Shown in pieces: positions 8,827 to 17,893 of a stretch of 64,000 bases of DNA. Position numbers and translations under genes: made by a program. Below the pieces are notes generated by a model that was given only the letters and a program-made list of their open reading frames with translations, was not told the DNA's origin and did no database searches. This stretch comes from an uncultured Eubacteriales bacterium (GTDB taxonomy: Bacteria; Bacillota; Clostridia; Christensenellales; Aristaeellaceae). Position 1 is the first letter of the stretch; every line of letters begins with the position of its first letter. The stretch is from the NCBI GenBank assembly GCA_902764875.1, contig CACWXP010000027.1, forward strand, positions 1,823 to 65,822, read 5' to 3'.

Positions 8827-9723
8827 ATGGAATATACCGTGAAGGCGGAGGAGACCGGCCGGCGGGTGCGGGACATTCTGCGGCGCAGCATGGGCGTCAG
8901 CTATACCGCCATGAAGAGCGCCAAGTGGAACGGCCGCCTGTGGCTGAACGGGGAGAACGTGTTTACGGACGCGAAGGTACAGGCGGGGGACAGGGTATGT
9001 ATCGAATGGGCGAGTGATACGCCGGCGTACCGTCCCCGCCGGTTTGACCTGCCCCTGGAGATTCCCTGGGAGGACGAACACCTGATGGCGGTTGTGAAGC
9101 CGGCACCGCTGGCCAGCCAGAGCAGCCGGAACCATCCGGACGACAGCCTTGAAAACGCGGTTTATACCTATTTCGGGTGTCCGGAGGATTTTGTTTACCG
9201 CCCGGTGAACCGGCTTGATAAGGGTACCAGCGGGCTGATGATGATCGCAAAGGCACCGTACGCCCAGCACCTGATGCAGCGGCAGCTTCACACGCCCGGA
9301 TTTCGAAGACGTTATCTTGCCCTGACGGACGGAATCCCCGAAAAACGGCTGGGAATGATCGATCTGCCGATCGCAAAGGCTCCGGGGGCTACCGTGAAAC
9401 GGGAGATCCATCCGGAAGGGAAGCCATCCCGGACCCGATACCGGGTACTGGGGGAAAAAGACGGGAAGGCAGTGATCCTGCTGGAACTGGAGACGGGGCG
9501 AACCCATCAGATCCGGGTGCATCTGAGCGCCATCGGCTGCCCGGTTCGGGGAGACTTCCTTTACGGCACGGAGCAGCCGGAGGAATTGCCGGGACGGTTC
9601 GCACTGCACAGCGCTGTGCTGGCGTTTCAACACCCCGTGACGGGGGAAAAGATCTTACTGATTTCCCGGCCTGCATGGGCGAACGGTATCCAGGATCCTG
9701 TTCTTTTGATGGACTTTGATTGA
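8827..9723 (+). CDS. RluA-family pseudouridine synthase (S4-like N-terminus)
   Basis: Catalytic motif NRLDKGTSGLMMIAK and the HQIRVH motif. Met at 8827 (MEYTVKAEETGRRVRDIL) fits the family N-terminus better than the track start at 8758. Confidence 0.88.
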   Translation: MEYTVKAEETGRRVRDILRRSMGVSYTAMKSAKWNGRLWLNGENVFTDAKVQAGDRVCIEWASDTPAYRPRRFDLPLEIPWEDEHLMAVVKPAPLASQSSRNHPDDSLENAVYTYFGCPEDFVYRPVNRLDKGTSGLMMIAKAPYAQHLMQRQLHTPGFRRRYLALTDGIPEKRLGMIDLPIAKAPGATVKREIHPEGKPSRTRYRVLGEKDGKAVILLELETGRTHQIRVHLSAIGCPVRGDFLYGTEQPEELPGRFALHSAVLAFQHPVTGEKILLISRPAWANGIQDPVLLMDFD

Positions 9724-9827
9724 CTTTGCAGCCCATTCTCTGTATAGTTTATAAAGATCAGCCCGGACGGAAACCCTTTGCTTCCGCCGGGGACGACATT
9801 GTTCCCTGAAAGGAAAGAAAAAAGCGA

Positions 9828-11462
9828 ATGACGATTATCGAACTGCTGGAAAGAAACGCCCGCGAATGGCCGAACGATACGGCCCTGGTGGAAATCAATC
9901 CCGATCAGCCGGAAACCCGCAGGGTGACCTGGCACGACTTTGAACTGGTGGAACCGAGTACGAAGAAAAAGCACTACCGCCGGGAAATCACCTGGGCGGT
10001 TTTTGACGAGAAAGCCAACCGTGTGGCCAACATGCTGAAAAGCTATAATATCGGCAAGGGCAAGAAGGTTGCCATCCTGCTGATGAACTGCATCGACTGG
10101 CTTCCGATCTATTTCGGTATCCTCAAGACCGGCGCGCTGGCGGTTCCCATGAACTTCCGCTACTCCGCCAGTGAGATTGAATACTGCCTGAAACTTTCGG
10201 AAAGCAATATGCTGATCTTCGGGCCTGAGTTCATCGGGCGTGTTGAGGAAATCGTCGATCGGATTCCGCAGGTGGATCTGGTGTTTGAAGGAGCCGGATG
10301 CCCGGGATTTGCGGACGATCTTACGGAACTGATCAACGAATGCTCCAGCACCTTCCCGCTTTGCACGCTGACCGAGGACGACGACGCGGCGATCTACTTC
10401 TCTTCCGGTACGACGGGGTTCCCGAAGGCGATCCTGCACAAGCACAGGAGCCTGATCCATTCCGCCCGGGTGGAACAGGAACACCACGGACAGAAAAAGG
10501 ACGACTGCTTCCTGCTGATTCCGCCGCTGTATCACACCGGCGCGAAGATGCACTGGTTCGGCAGCCTGATCTCCGGCAGCAAAGCGGTGATCCTGAAGGG
10601 TACGAAACCCAGGACCATCCTTGAAGCCGCAAGCCGGGAACACTGCACGATCGTCTGGCTGCTGGTGCCGTGGGCTCAGGATATTCTGACCGCGCTGGAC
10701 AGCGGCGAACTGAAACTGTCGGACTATCAGCTGGATCAGTGGCGGCTGATGCACATCGGTGCGCAGCCGGTTCCCCAGAGCCTGATTCACCGCTGGCTGG
10801 AATACTTCCCGAACCACGCGTACGACACCAATTACGGTCTGAGCGAATCCATCGGCCCGGGCGCGGTCCACCTTGGGATTGAGAACGTCCGGAAGGTCGG
10901 CGCGATCGGGATTCCAGGATACGGATGGCAGACGAAGATTATCCGGCCGGACGGCACGGAGGTTGCTCAGGGCGAGGTCGGCGAACTCTGTCTCAAGGGG
11001 CCGGGCGTTATGGTCTGCTACTACAATAACCCGGAAGCAACGGCGGAGACGCTGAAGGACGGGTGGCTGCTGACCGGCGACATGGCACGGCAGGATGAAG
11101 AAGGATTCATCTATCTGGTGGACCGGAAAAAAGACGTCGTTATCACCGGCGGCGAAAACCTGTATCCCGTCGAAATCGAGAACTTTATGGCGGCCTATCC
11201 GCCGATCAAGGACGTGGCCGTGATCGGACTTCCGGACGCCCGGCTGGGCGAAATCGCGGCTGCGATCGTGGAGCTGGTTCCCGGGGCAACCGCCACAGAA
11301 GAAGATATTATGGAATTCTGCCAGGGCATGCCGCGGTACAAACGGCCCCGGAAGATCATTCTGGCGCCGGTGCCGAGGAACGCCACCGGAAAGATCGAGA
11401 AGCCGAAACTGCGGAGGATGTACGGCGGCGAAGGGCTGGTGGATTCGCAGAACAGGAGCTGA
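9828..11462 (+). CDS. AMP-forming acyl-CoA synthetase/ligase (class I adenylate-forming enzyme)
   Basis: AMP-binding signature SSGTTGFPKAILHKH. Core motifs GELCLKGPGVMVCYYNNPEAT, LLTGDMARQDEEGFIYLVDRKKD and the terminal GKIEKPKLR. Confidence 0.9.
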   Translation: MTIIELLERNAREWPNDTALVEINPDQPETRRVTWHDFELVEPSTKKKHYRREITWAVFDEKANRVANMLKSYNIGKGKKVAILLMNCIDWLPIYFGILKTGALAVPMNFRYSASEIEYCLKLSESNMLIFGPEFIGRVEEIVDRIPQVDLVFEGAGCPGFADDLTELINECSSTFPLCTLTEDDDAAIYFSSGTTGFPKAILHKHRSLIHSARVEQEHHGQKKDDCFLLIPPLYHTGAKMHWFGSLISGSKAVILKGTKPRTILEAASREHCTIVWLLVPWAQDILTALDSGELKLSDYQLDQWRLMHIGAQPVPQSLIHRWLEYFPNHAYDTNYGLSESIGPGAVHLGIENVRKVGAIGIPGYGWQTKIIRPDGTEVAQGEVGELCLKGPGVMVCYYNNPEATAETLKDGWLLTGDMARQDEEGFIYLVDRKKDVVITGGENLYPVEIENFMAAYPPIKDVAVIGLPDARLGEIAAAIVELVPGATATEEDIMEFCQGMPRYKRPRKIILAPVPRNATGKIEKPKLRRMYGGEGLVDSQNRS

Positions 11463-11484
11463 TGGTTCCAGTCTGCGAATTGCG

Positions 11485-11519
11485 AGGATTTAGGATATAG
11501 GATTCAGGATTCAGGGTTT
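11485..11519. repeat. Five tandem heptamers AGGRTTY just upstream of iorA
   Basis: AGGATTT AGGATAT AGGATTC AGGATTC AGGGTTT, ending 18 nt before the iorA ATG. Near-identical arrays occur at 60752-60792 and 61619-61669. Confidence 0.8.
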
Positions 11520-11537
11520 TAAGTTGGGAGAATTTTT

Positions 11538-13295
11538 ATGAAAAAACTTGTAATCGGCAATGAGGCCGTGGCATGGGGACTTTACAACGGCGGAATCGGG
11601 CTGGTATCCAGCTATCCCGGGACACCCTCCACGGAAATAACGGAATTCCTTGCAAAACACGACGACATCCATTCGGAGTGGGCACCGAACGAAAAGGTGG
11701 CCATGGAAACAGCCTTCGGCGCCAGCCTGGCGGGCATGCGCAGCGCCTGCGCCATGAAGCATGTGGGACTGAACGTGGCGGCAGACCCGCTGTTCACGAT
11801 GAGCTATACCGGGATCACCGGAGGCATGGTGATCTGCGTGGCGGACGATCCGGCCATGCATTCCAGCCAGAATGAACAGGATTCCCGGCACTACGCGATT
11901 GCGTCCAAGGTGCCGATGCTGGAGCCTTCGGACTCGGCGGAAGCCTATGCTTTCGCAAAGAGCGCTTTCGCCCTGAGCGAGCAATACGACACGCCGGTGA
12001 TTCTGCGGATGTGTACACGGATTGCGCACAGCCAGTGTGTTGTGGACATCGGGGAACGGGAAGAGGTTCCCATGAAGGACTATGTCAAGCAGCCCTCCAA
12101 GTACATCATGATGCCCGGATACGCGAAACTCCGCCACCCCGTCGTCGAGGAGCGGACGGAGAAGCTGCGGGAACTGGCGGAAGACTGCATGTATAACCGC
12201 ACGGAGATGGCGGAGAACCGGGAAATCGGTATCATTACCTCCGGCTGCAGCTATTTGTATGTGAAGGAAATCTTCGGGGACAGCGTGAGCGTGCTGAAAA
12301 TCGGCATGCCGAATCCGCTGCCGGAGAAGATGATCCGCGACTTCGCCGCAAAGGTCAAAAAACTGTATGTGATCGAAGAACTGGATCCGGTGATCGAAAA
12401 CCATGTGAAAGCACTGGGTATCGAAGTGACCGGGAAGCAGCTTTTCAGCGCCATCGGCGAGTTCAGCCAGAAGACGATCCGGGACGCTTTCCTGAAGGAA
12501 GGCGTGCAGATCACGGATGTTCCCGAAGCTCAGGGAGAGGCACCCCAGGTACCCGGACGGCCGCCCATGATGTGCTCCGGGTGTCCTCACCGCGGCATGT
12601 ACTATACGCTGGTGAAGAACAAAATTACCGTCATCGGGGATATCGGATGCTACACACTGGGCGCCGTGGCGCCGCTGAACGCGCTGGACTCCACGCTGTG
12701 CATGGGCGCGAGCGTCAGCGGCATTCACGGATTCAACGCGGCCCGGGGCAGCGAAACGGAGAAGAAGACGGTGGCAGTGATCGGCGACAGTACGTTCATG
12801 CACAGCGGCATGACCGGACTGGTGAATGTTGCCTATAATGCCACGAACTCCACGGTGATCATCCTGGATAACTCCATTACCGGCATGACCGGACATCAGC
12901 AGAACCCCACCACCGGATACAACATCAAGGGAGATCCGGCGGCGAAGGTGGACCTGGAAGCCCTTTGCAAGGCGCTGGGGATCAACCGGGTGCGCGTGGT
13001 GGATCCCTACGACCTGAAAGCCTGCGAAGAGGCTGTGCTGGAGGAACTGGCGGCTGAGGAACCGTCGGTGATCATTTCCCGCCGCCCCTGCGTGCTGCTG
13101 AAATACGTGAAGCCGAAGACGCCGCTGCAGGTTGATGCGGATAAATGCCGCGGATGCCGGATGTGCATGAAGATGGGCTGTCCGTCCATCAGCTTCAAGG
13201 ACGGAAAGGCCCGCATCGACAAAACGCTTTGCATCGGCTGCGGCGTTTGTGAGCAGCTTTGCAAGTTCGGCGCGATCGGAGGGAAGACGGAATGA
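11538..13295 (+). CDS. iorA: Indolepyruvate:ferredoxin oxidoreductase subunit alpha
   Basis: 585 aa. N-terminus GNEAVAWGLYNGGIGLVSSYPGTPSTEI. TPP-binding GDSTFMHSGMTGL. C-terminal 2x[4Fe-4S] CRGCRMCMKMGCP / CIGCGVCEQLC. Confidence 0.93.
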   Translation: MKKLVIGNEAVAWGLYNGGIGLVSSYPGTPSTEITEFLAKHDDIHSEWAPNEKVAMETAFGASLAGMRSACAMKHVGLNVAADPLFTMSYTGITGGMVICVADDPAMHSSQNEQDSRHYAIASKVPMLEPSDSAEAYAFAKSAFALSEQYDTPVILRMCTRIAHSQCVVDIGEREEVPMKDYVKQPSKYIMMPGYAKLRHPVVEERTEKLRELAEDCMYNRTEMAENREIGIITSGCSYLYVKEIFGDSVSVLKIGMPNPLPEKMIRDFAAKVKKLYVIEELDPVIENHVKALGIEVTGKQLFSAIGEFSQKTIRDAFLKEGVQITDVPEAQGEAPQVPGRPPMMCSGCPHRGMYYTLVKNKITVIGDIGCYTLGAVAPLNALDSTLCMGASVSGIHGFNAARGSETEKKTVAVIGDSTFMHSGMTGLVNVAYNATNSTVIILDNSITGMTGHQQNPTTGYNIKGDPAAKVDLEALCKALGINRVRVVDPYDLKACEEAVLEELAAEEPSVIISRRPCVLLKYVKPKTPLQVDADKCRGCRMCMKMGCPSISFKDGKARIDKTLCIGCGVCEQLCKFGAIGGKTE

Positions 13296-13864
13296 AAACC
13301 ACAAGTGTCATGATTGTCGGCGTCGGCGGACAGGGAAGTCTGCTGGCCTCCAGACTGCTGGGAACCCTGCTGACGGACGAAGGATACGACGTGAAGGTGA
13401 GCGAGGTTCACGGCATGAGCCAGCGGGGCGGCAGCGTGGTAACTTATGTCCGCTTCGGAGAAAAGGTTTATTCTCCCATCGTGACGGAGGGTGAATGCGA
13501 CTACATCATCAGCTTTGAAAAGCTGGAAGCAGCCCGATATGCTGGATACCTGCGCAAGGGCGGCAAGATCATCGTGAATACCCAGGAGATCGATCCCATG
13601 CCGGTGATTACCGGCGCAGCGGAATATCCGGGAGACGTGCTGGAAACCCTGAAGACACAGGGGTTTGATATTGACGATTTCGATGCGCTTTCTCCGGCCG
13701 TGGAAGCCGGCAGCGCCAAGGCCGTGAATATCGTGCTGATGGGCCACTTCGCAAAATGTACGAGCATTCCGAAAGACAGATGGATTCAGGCGCTGAACAA
13801 GGTGATTGCGCCGAAGTTCCTGGAGATGAACCTGAAGGCCTTTGACCTTGGATACGGCGCATAA
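13292..13864 (+). CDS. iorB: Indolepyruvate:ferredoxin oxidoreductase subunit beta
   Basis: MKTTSVMIVGVGGQGSLLASRLLG... ATGA start/stop overlap with iorA at 13292-13295 (the track starts earlier, at 13259). Confidence 0.9.
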   Translation: MKTTSVMIVGVGGQGSLLASRLLGTLLTDEGYDVKVSEVHGMSQRGGSVVTYVRFGEKVYSPIVTEGECDYIISFEKLEAARYAGYLRKGGKIIVNTQEIDPMPVITGAAEYPGDVLETLKTQGFDIDDFDALSPAVEAGSAKAVNIVLMGHFAKCTSIPKDRWIQALNKVIAPKFLEMNLKAFDLGYGA

Positions 13865-13881
13865 TCCAAAAAGCTTTCTTT

Positions 13882-13912
13882 CAGCCTGCAAGTAGTTTTG
13901 CAGGCTGTTTCT
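13882..13912 (+). terminator. Probable terminator after iorB
   Basis: CAGCCTGCAA-gtagtt-TTGCAGGCTG (10 bp stem) followed by TTTCT. Confidence 0.55.
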
Positions 13913-13931
13913 GAATCAACGGGGAGACAGT

Positions 13932-15746
13932 ATGTTTACAGCTTTTTTGCGGGAACACCCGATGAAAGAGATGATCCTGAAACAGGATCTGAGACTGTAT
14001 CCGACGGCGGAAGACCGGAAGGCCTGGGAAGACATTCCGGCCGCATACCGGGAAGAGATCCGAAGACTGGCCGCGGAATACGGAAGGATTCCTTATCCTG
14101 CGCGGACGGCTTCCGGCTTTCTTGCCTTTGTGCGCAACGGTGACCGGCAGGCGGATGAGCAGCCCTATTTTACCCGGCGCAGAAAGCTGTGCGCCGCGGC
14201 GCTTGATGCCTGTGCTTTCCCGGATAACGCAAACATGGATGAGATTGTCGACGGAATCTGGCTTGTATGCGAAGAAACCAGCTGGGTGATCAGCGCTCAT
14301 AACGTGAACCCGATTCCCGGTGCGCCTCCGGCGGCAGAATACCCGCTGCCGGACCTGCGGAAACCGTATATTGACCTGTTCAGCGCCCAGACGGGGATGA
14401 TTCTTTCATTGACTGCCGCGCTGCTGGGGAAACGGCTGGATGCCGTCTCGCCGATGATCCGGGAACGGATCCGGGAAGAAATCCGCAGACGGATCCTCCG
14501 GCCTTTCATGGCAACGGACGACTTCTGGTGGATGGGGTTCCGGCGAAAGGACCTGAACAACTGGACGCCCTGGATTCTGTCAAATATTCTTATTTGCGCT
14601 GTTACGGATCCGACGGGCAGCGGGGAACCGGCTTCTCTGCTGATACGGGCCTGCGAAATGCTGGATCGGTGGCTGGAGACGGTACCGGAGGACGGCGGAT
14701 GCGACGAGGGCGCCGGATACTGGAACATGGCCGGCGGCGCACTGCTGGACTGCCTGGAGATTCTCGAAAAGGCGACAGACGGGCGAATGCAGTTTTGGGA
14801 AAATGAAAAAATCCGGAATATCCTTGCGTATCCGGCAAAGGTTGAGATGGGGAACGGATGGTTCGCCAACTTCGCGGACTGTGACGCCCGGTCTTTTATC
14901 AGCGGGGAACGAATGGAAACCGCAGGGGAAATGATCGGGGATCCGGCGCTGACGGCGCTCGGAACGCGGATGCGGGGTACGATTGCGGATCAGCTGAACG
15001 ATGTGCCGCATCTGACCCGGGCACTGGACCTGATCTTCCATCCGGCGGCGGAAAAGAAGGAACGGCCGGAAATCCGGCAGAGGGACGAATGGCTTCCGGA
15101 ATTACAGGTGCGGCTGATTGAAAAGGGCAAATGGATGCTGGCCTGCAAAGGCGGACATAACGGGGAAAATCACAATCACAACGACGTGGGTTCTTTCATT
15201 CTGATGAAGGACGGAGAGCCGGTGATTGTCGATGCGGGAAACATGACCTATACCGCGAAGACTTTCTCCGGGGAACGGTATACGCTGTGGAACGTCCGGG
15301 CGGGATTCCATAACCTGCCGATGATCGGCAGCTGCGAACAGCGGGAAGGGGCGGAACACGCCGCAAGGGATGTGCATTGGGAACCGGACGGACTGAAACT
15401 GGAACTGTCGGGAACCTATGACGAAGCGGCCGGCGTGCGGCAGCTGAAACGCTGCTTTGCACTGAGCGAAGAGGGCCTAAGGCTGACAGACGAGATTGCA
15501 CTGGAAACCGCACAGCCGGTGAACTGGGTCTTTATGCTGCGGAACCGGCCGGTATGGAAAGACGGAGAGATTATGACGGGAGAGATTGCAATCCAGTGTC
15601 CGGAAGGCCTGACCTTCACAGCAGAAGAGATTCCGATCACAGATGCCCGGATGAAACGCAGCTGGCCGGGAAGCCTCTGGCGGGTGATGCTGCGCAGCGA
15701 ACCGCGGAAGACCTTTCAGGCAGAATTCATTTTAGCCGGAAGCTGA
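13932..15746 (+). CDS. Heparinase II/III-family protein (polysaccharide lyase-like)
   Basis: 604 aa. C-terminal half carries the family signature GGHNGENHNHNDVGSFILMKDGEPVIVDAGNMTY. GGGGAG RBS 5 nt upstream of the ATG. Sits in a uronate-polysaccharide locus. Confidence 0.8.
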   Translation: MFTAFLREHPMKEMILKQDLRLYPTAEDRKAWEDIPAAYREEIRRLAAEYGRIPYPARTASGFLAFVRNGDRQADEQPYFTRRRKLCAAALDACAFPDNANMDEIVDGIWLVCEETSWVISAHNVNPIPGAPPAAEYPLPDLRKPYIDLFSAQTGMILSLTAALLGKRLDAVSPMIRERIREEIRRRILRPFMATDDFWWMGFRRKDLNNWTPWILSNILICAVTDPTGSGEPASLLIRACEMLDRWLETVPEDGGCDEGAGYWNMAGGALLDCLEILEKATDGRMQFWENEKIRNILAYPAKVEMGNGWFANFADCDARSFISGERMETAGEMIGDPALTALGTRMRGTIADQLNDVPHLTRALDLIFHPAAEKKERPEIRQRDEWLPELQVRLIEKGKWMLACKGGHNGENHNHNDVGSFILMKDGEPVIVDAGNMTYTAKTFSGERYTLWNVRAGFHNLPMIGSCEQREGAEHAARDVHWEPDGLKLELSGTYDEAAGVRQLKRCFALSEEGLRLTDEIALETAQPVNWVFMLRNRPVWKDGEIMTGEIAIQCPEGLTFTAEEIPITDARMKRSWPGSLWRVMLRSEPRKTFQAEFILAGS

Positions 15747-15788
15747 TGCATTTGAAAATGGTATAGTGTTTCGTTCATATGTATAACA

Positions 15789-16568
15789 TCAGCCAAGATC
15801 CCGGCCGAAGACTTCCCACTGGGTCAGTGCCGGGAAGGCGGAGGGATCGTCACTCTTGATCAGCCGCTCCAGACGGAGCCAGCTGATTTTTCTGCCGCCG
15901 AGATCCAGCCACTGCCGGTCACCGGTTTTTTGCAGCTCAAAGGAAAGATCGGTTCCATCTGACAAAACAACATGCCCTGAAGTCCAGTAAGCATCATGCG
16001 GGAAATCTGCGCGGAGGGTCAGCGCCATTTTTTGGGCGACGACGGTTCTTCCCAGATTCAGAAGACACCAGGCATCCTCCCGGGCTCCGATTCCCCAGCT
16101 CTGGAACGGCCATTCTCCGTGAAAGGTGTTCAGGCGAATTCCGTCGATGACGTTCCGGGCACAGAAGCAGGCTTCATTCCGGGTTTCCACATTCGCGGTG
16201 CAATGGGGAAAGAAATCCGTTTCGCCGCGCAGATCCGCAGGGTTGCAGGAAAGATTCCGGAGGACAGAGAGCTCTTTCTCCGGAATGGCCTGCACTGAGA
16301 TGATATGGCGGGACGACTCGAAAAGCCCCGGCGCGTAAGCCAGGCGGTGTTCTCCAACGGGGACCGGCCAGGTCATCTTCTCCTCCGGGAGAAAGACTTC
16401 TCCGAAGGGAAGCGCCTGGTCCATCTGCACCTGCAGATGCTTTGCACCTGAAATCAAAATACGGTCGCCGGGCTCATATACCCGATCCACGGAAAGCAGC
16501 ACTTCCTCAGGATGAGAAGCGGAGGCAAGCACAGCGCCGCCGGCTGCCTCGACTGTTACACGGATCAT
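15789..16568 (-). CDS. Hypothetical protein of the polysaccharide locus (possible carbohydrate-binding/jelly-roll C-terminus)
   Basis: Co-oriented immediately downstream of the LacI gene. ATG 16568 has GAAGGAG upstream. The C-terminal ...ISWLRLERLIKSDDPSAFPALTQWEVFG resembles discoidin/CBM-type ends. No family recognised with confidence. Confidence 0.5.
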   Translation of the reverse strand: MIRVTVEAAGGAVLASASHPEEVLLSVDRVYEPGDRILISGAKHLQVQMDQALPFGEVFLPEEKMTWPVPVGEHRLAYAPGLFESSRHIISVQAIPEKELSVLRNLSCNPADLRGETDFFPHCTANVETRNEACFCARNVIDGIRLNTFHGEWPFQSWGIGAREDAWCLLNLGRTVVAQKMALTLRADFPHDAYWTSGHVVLSDGTDLSFELQKTGDRQWLDLGGRKISWLRLERLIKSDDPSAFPALTQWEVFGRDLG

Positions 16569-16591
16569 ACAGAGATCATCTCCTTCCATCA

Positions 16592-17641
16592 CTATAACCT
16601 GCGATAACCGAGATGCGCGCCGCAGCTTTCCCGGATGACGAGCGTTGCGTCGCGGACCATGGCAAAGGAACGGGAAGAGGACTCCCGGGCAAGCAACAGT
16701 TCCCGGATGGCGCTCTGGGCCATTTCTTCCGGATGCAAATCCACGGAGGTCAGGGACGGGTCTGTGTAGGAACAGAAAAACTGATTGTCACAACCGATGA
16801 TGGCCATATCCTGCGGGAGGGAGAGCCCCATTTTTTTCAGCTGTTTCATGACGCCGAGCGCCACCAGATCATTGAAGGTTACGATGGCACTGGGCCAGCG
16901 GGAGGAATCCAGACCGGAGAGCATCCGGAGCACCGCGCGCTCGCCGCTTTCCATATTGTATCCGGCATCCACATGATACGCCGGATCATCCGGCAGATCC
17001 ATCAGGCGGAGCTGTTCCAGAAAGCCGACGCCGCGGCGGGATGTGTCCTTGCTGTGCATGGAGCCGCCGAGAAAGGCGATCCGCCGGTGGCCCAGCGTGT
17101 GCAGATGACGGACGGGGAGACGGGAACAGCTGACCAGATCACTTTGAATACAGATACATTCCAGTGAAACATCCGGGGGACAGATAGTCGCGACCGGCAT
17201 ATATTTTCCCAGTTTCTTTAATGCGGCATTCAGGTCATCCCGGTCGGCGGACCAGATGCTGCCGGCAAAAAGAACACCATCCATGCGGCAGCGGATCAGT
17301 TCATTTACAATCCCGGGGGAGATCGCCTGATTCTCCATGGTCTGGAACAGCCGGATACTGCAGCCGCTTTTTTCCGCCTCCCAGTAGGCGGCATCAAAAA
17401 TCCGGTTGAAATACAGATTGGAGACGACGGGAAGAACCACGGCCAGCGTGCTGCTGCGGCCGCCTTCCAGATTCTGGGCGGAAGCGCTGGGCGTATAGCC
17501 GTGGGCGTCGATCACCTGCTGTACCTTCAGACGGGTAGCTTCCTTTACATGCGGATCTTTGCGGACCACCCGTGTCACTGTCGCGGTGGAAACGCCGGCT
17601 TCCCGGGCGATGTCATAAATTGTCGGCTTACCGGGCATCAT
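16592..17641 (-). CDS. LacI-family transcriptional regulator
   Basis: HTH PTIYDIAREAGVSTATVTRVVRKDPHVKEATRLKVQQVIDAHGYTPSASAQNL followed by a periplasmic-binding-like sugar domain. Start ATG 17641 has AAGGGGGA upstream (track start 17734 rejected). Confidence 0.9.
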   Translation of the reverse strand: MMPGKPTIYDIAREAGVSTATVTRVVRKDPHVKEATRLKVQQVIDAHGYTPSASAQNLEGGRSSTLAVVLPVVSNLYFNRIFDAAYWEAEKSGCSIRLFQTMENQAISPGIVNELIRCRMDGVLFAGSIWSADRDDLNAALKKLGKYMPVATICPPDVSLECICIQSDLVSCSRLPVRHLHTLGHRRIAFLGGSMHSKDTSRRGVGFLEQLRLMDLPDDPAYHVDAGYNMESGERAVLRMLSGLDSSRWPSAIVTFNDLVALGVMKQLKKMGLSLPQDMAIIGCDNQFFCSYTDPSLTSVDLHPEEMAQSAIRELLLARESSSRSFAMVRDATLVIRESCGAHLGYRRL

Positions 17642-17764
17642 CTTTCCCCCTTCAACGGATTCCTTTCGAATCAATATATCATGAAGAGAATGAAAAAGCA
17701 AGAAAAATGTTACCGATAACATATGGTTACACATGAAAATCCGCTGACAAATTCAAAAAAATGC

Positions 17765-17793
17765 TTGACAAAAAGGGAAGAAAGCAATAAGAT
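17765..17793 (+). promoter_or_regulatory. Promoter of the ABC sugar importer operon
   Basis: TTGACA, 17 nt, TAAGAT, about 100 nt upstream of the binding-protein gene. Confidence 0.55.
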
Positions 17794-17848
17794 TTAGACA
17801 AATACAGGGAAAGAGAAGGCGGAACGGCAAGAAACGAGATTGAAACCG

Positions 17849-17862
17849 TGAAACCGATAACA
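17849..17862 (+). promoter_or_regulatory. cre/LacI-type operator
   Basis: TGAAACCGATAACA matches TGWAANCGNTNWCA at every constrained position. It lies between the promoter and the SBP start. An overlapping half-copy TGAAACCGTGAAAC sits 8 nt upstream. Confidence 0.6.
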
Positions 17863-17893
17863 TTTCCCAAAGAAGATGAAGGAGGAACTGTTT

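Noticed and set aside
9761-9800. 10-bp bulged hairpin CCCGGACGGAA...TTCCGCCGGG upstream of the acyl-CoA synthetase gene.
   Set aside because: No T-run and no recognisable riboswitch core. It may be a weak terminator for the RluA-type gene, but the evidence is insufficient to annotate it.
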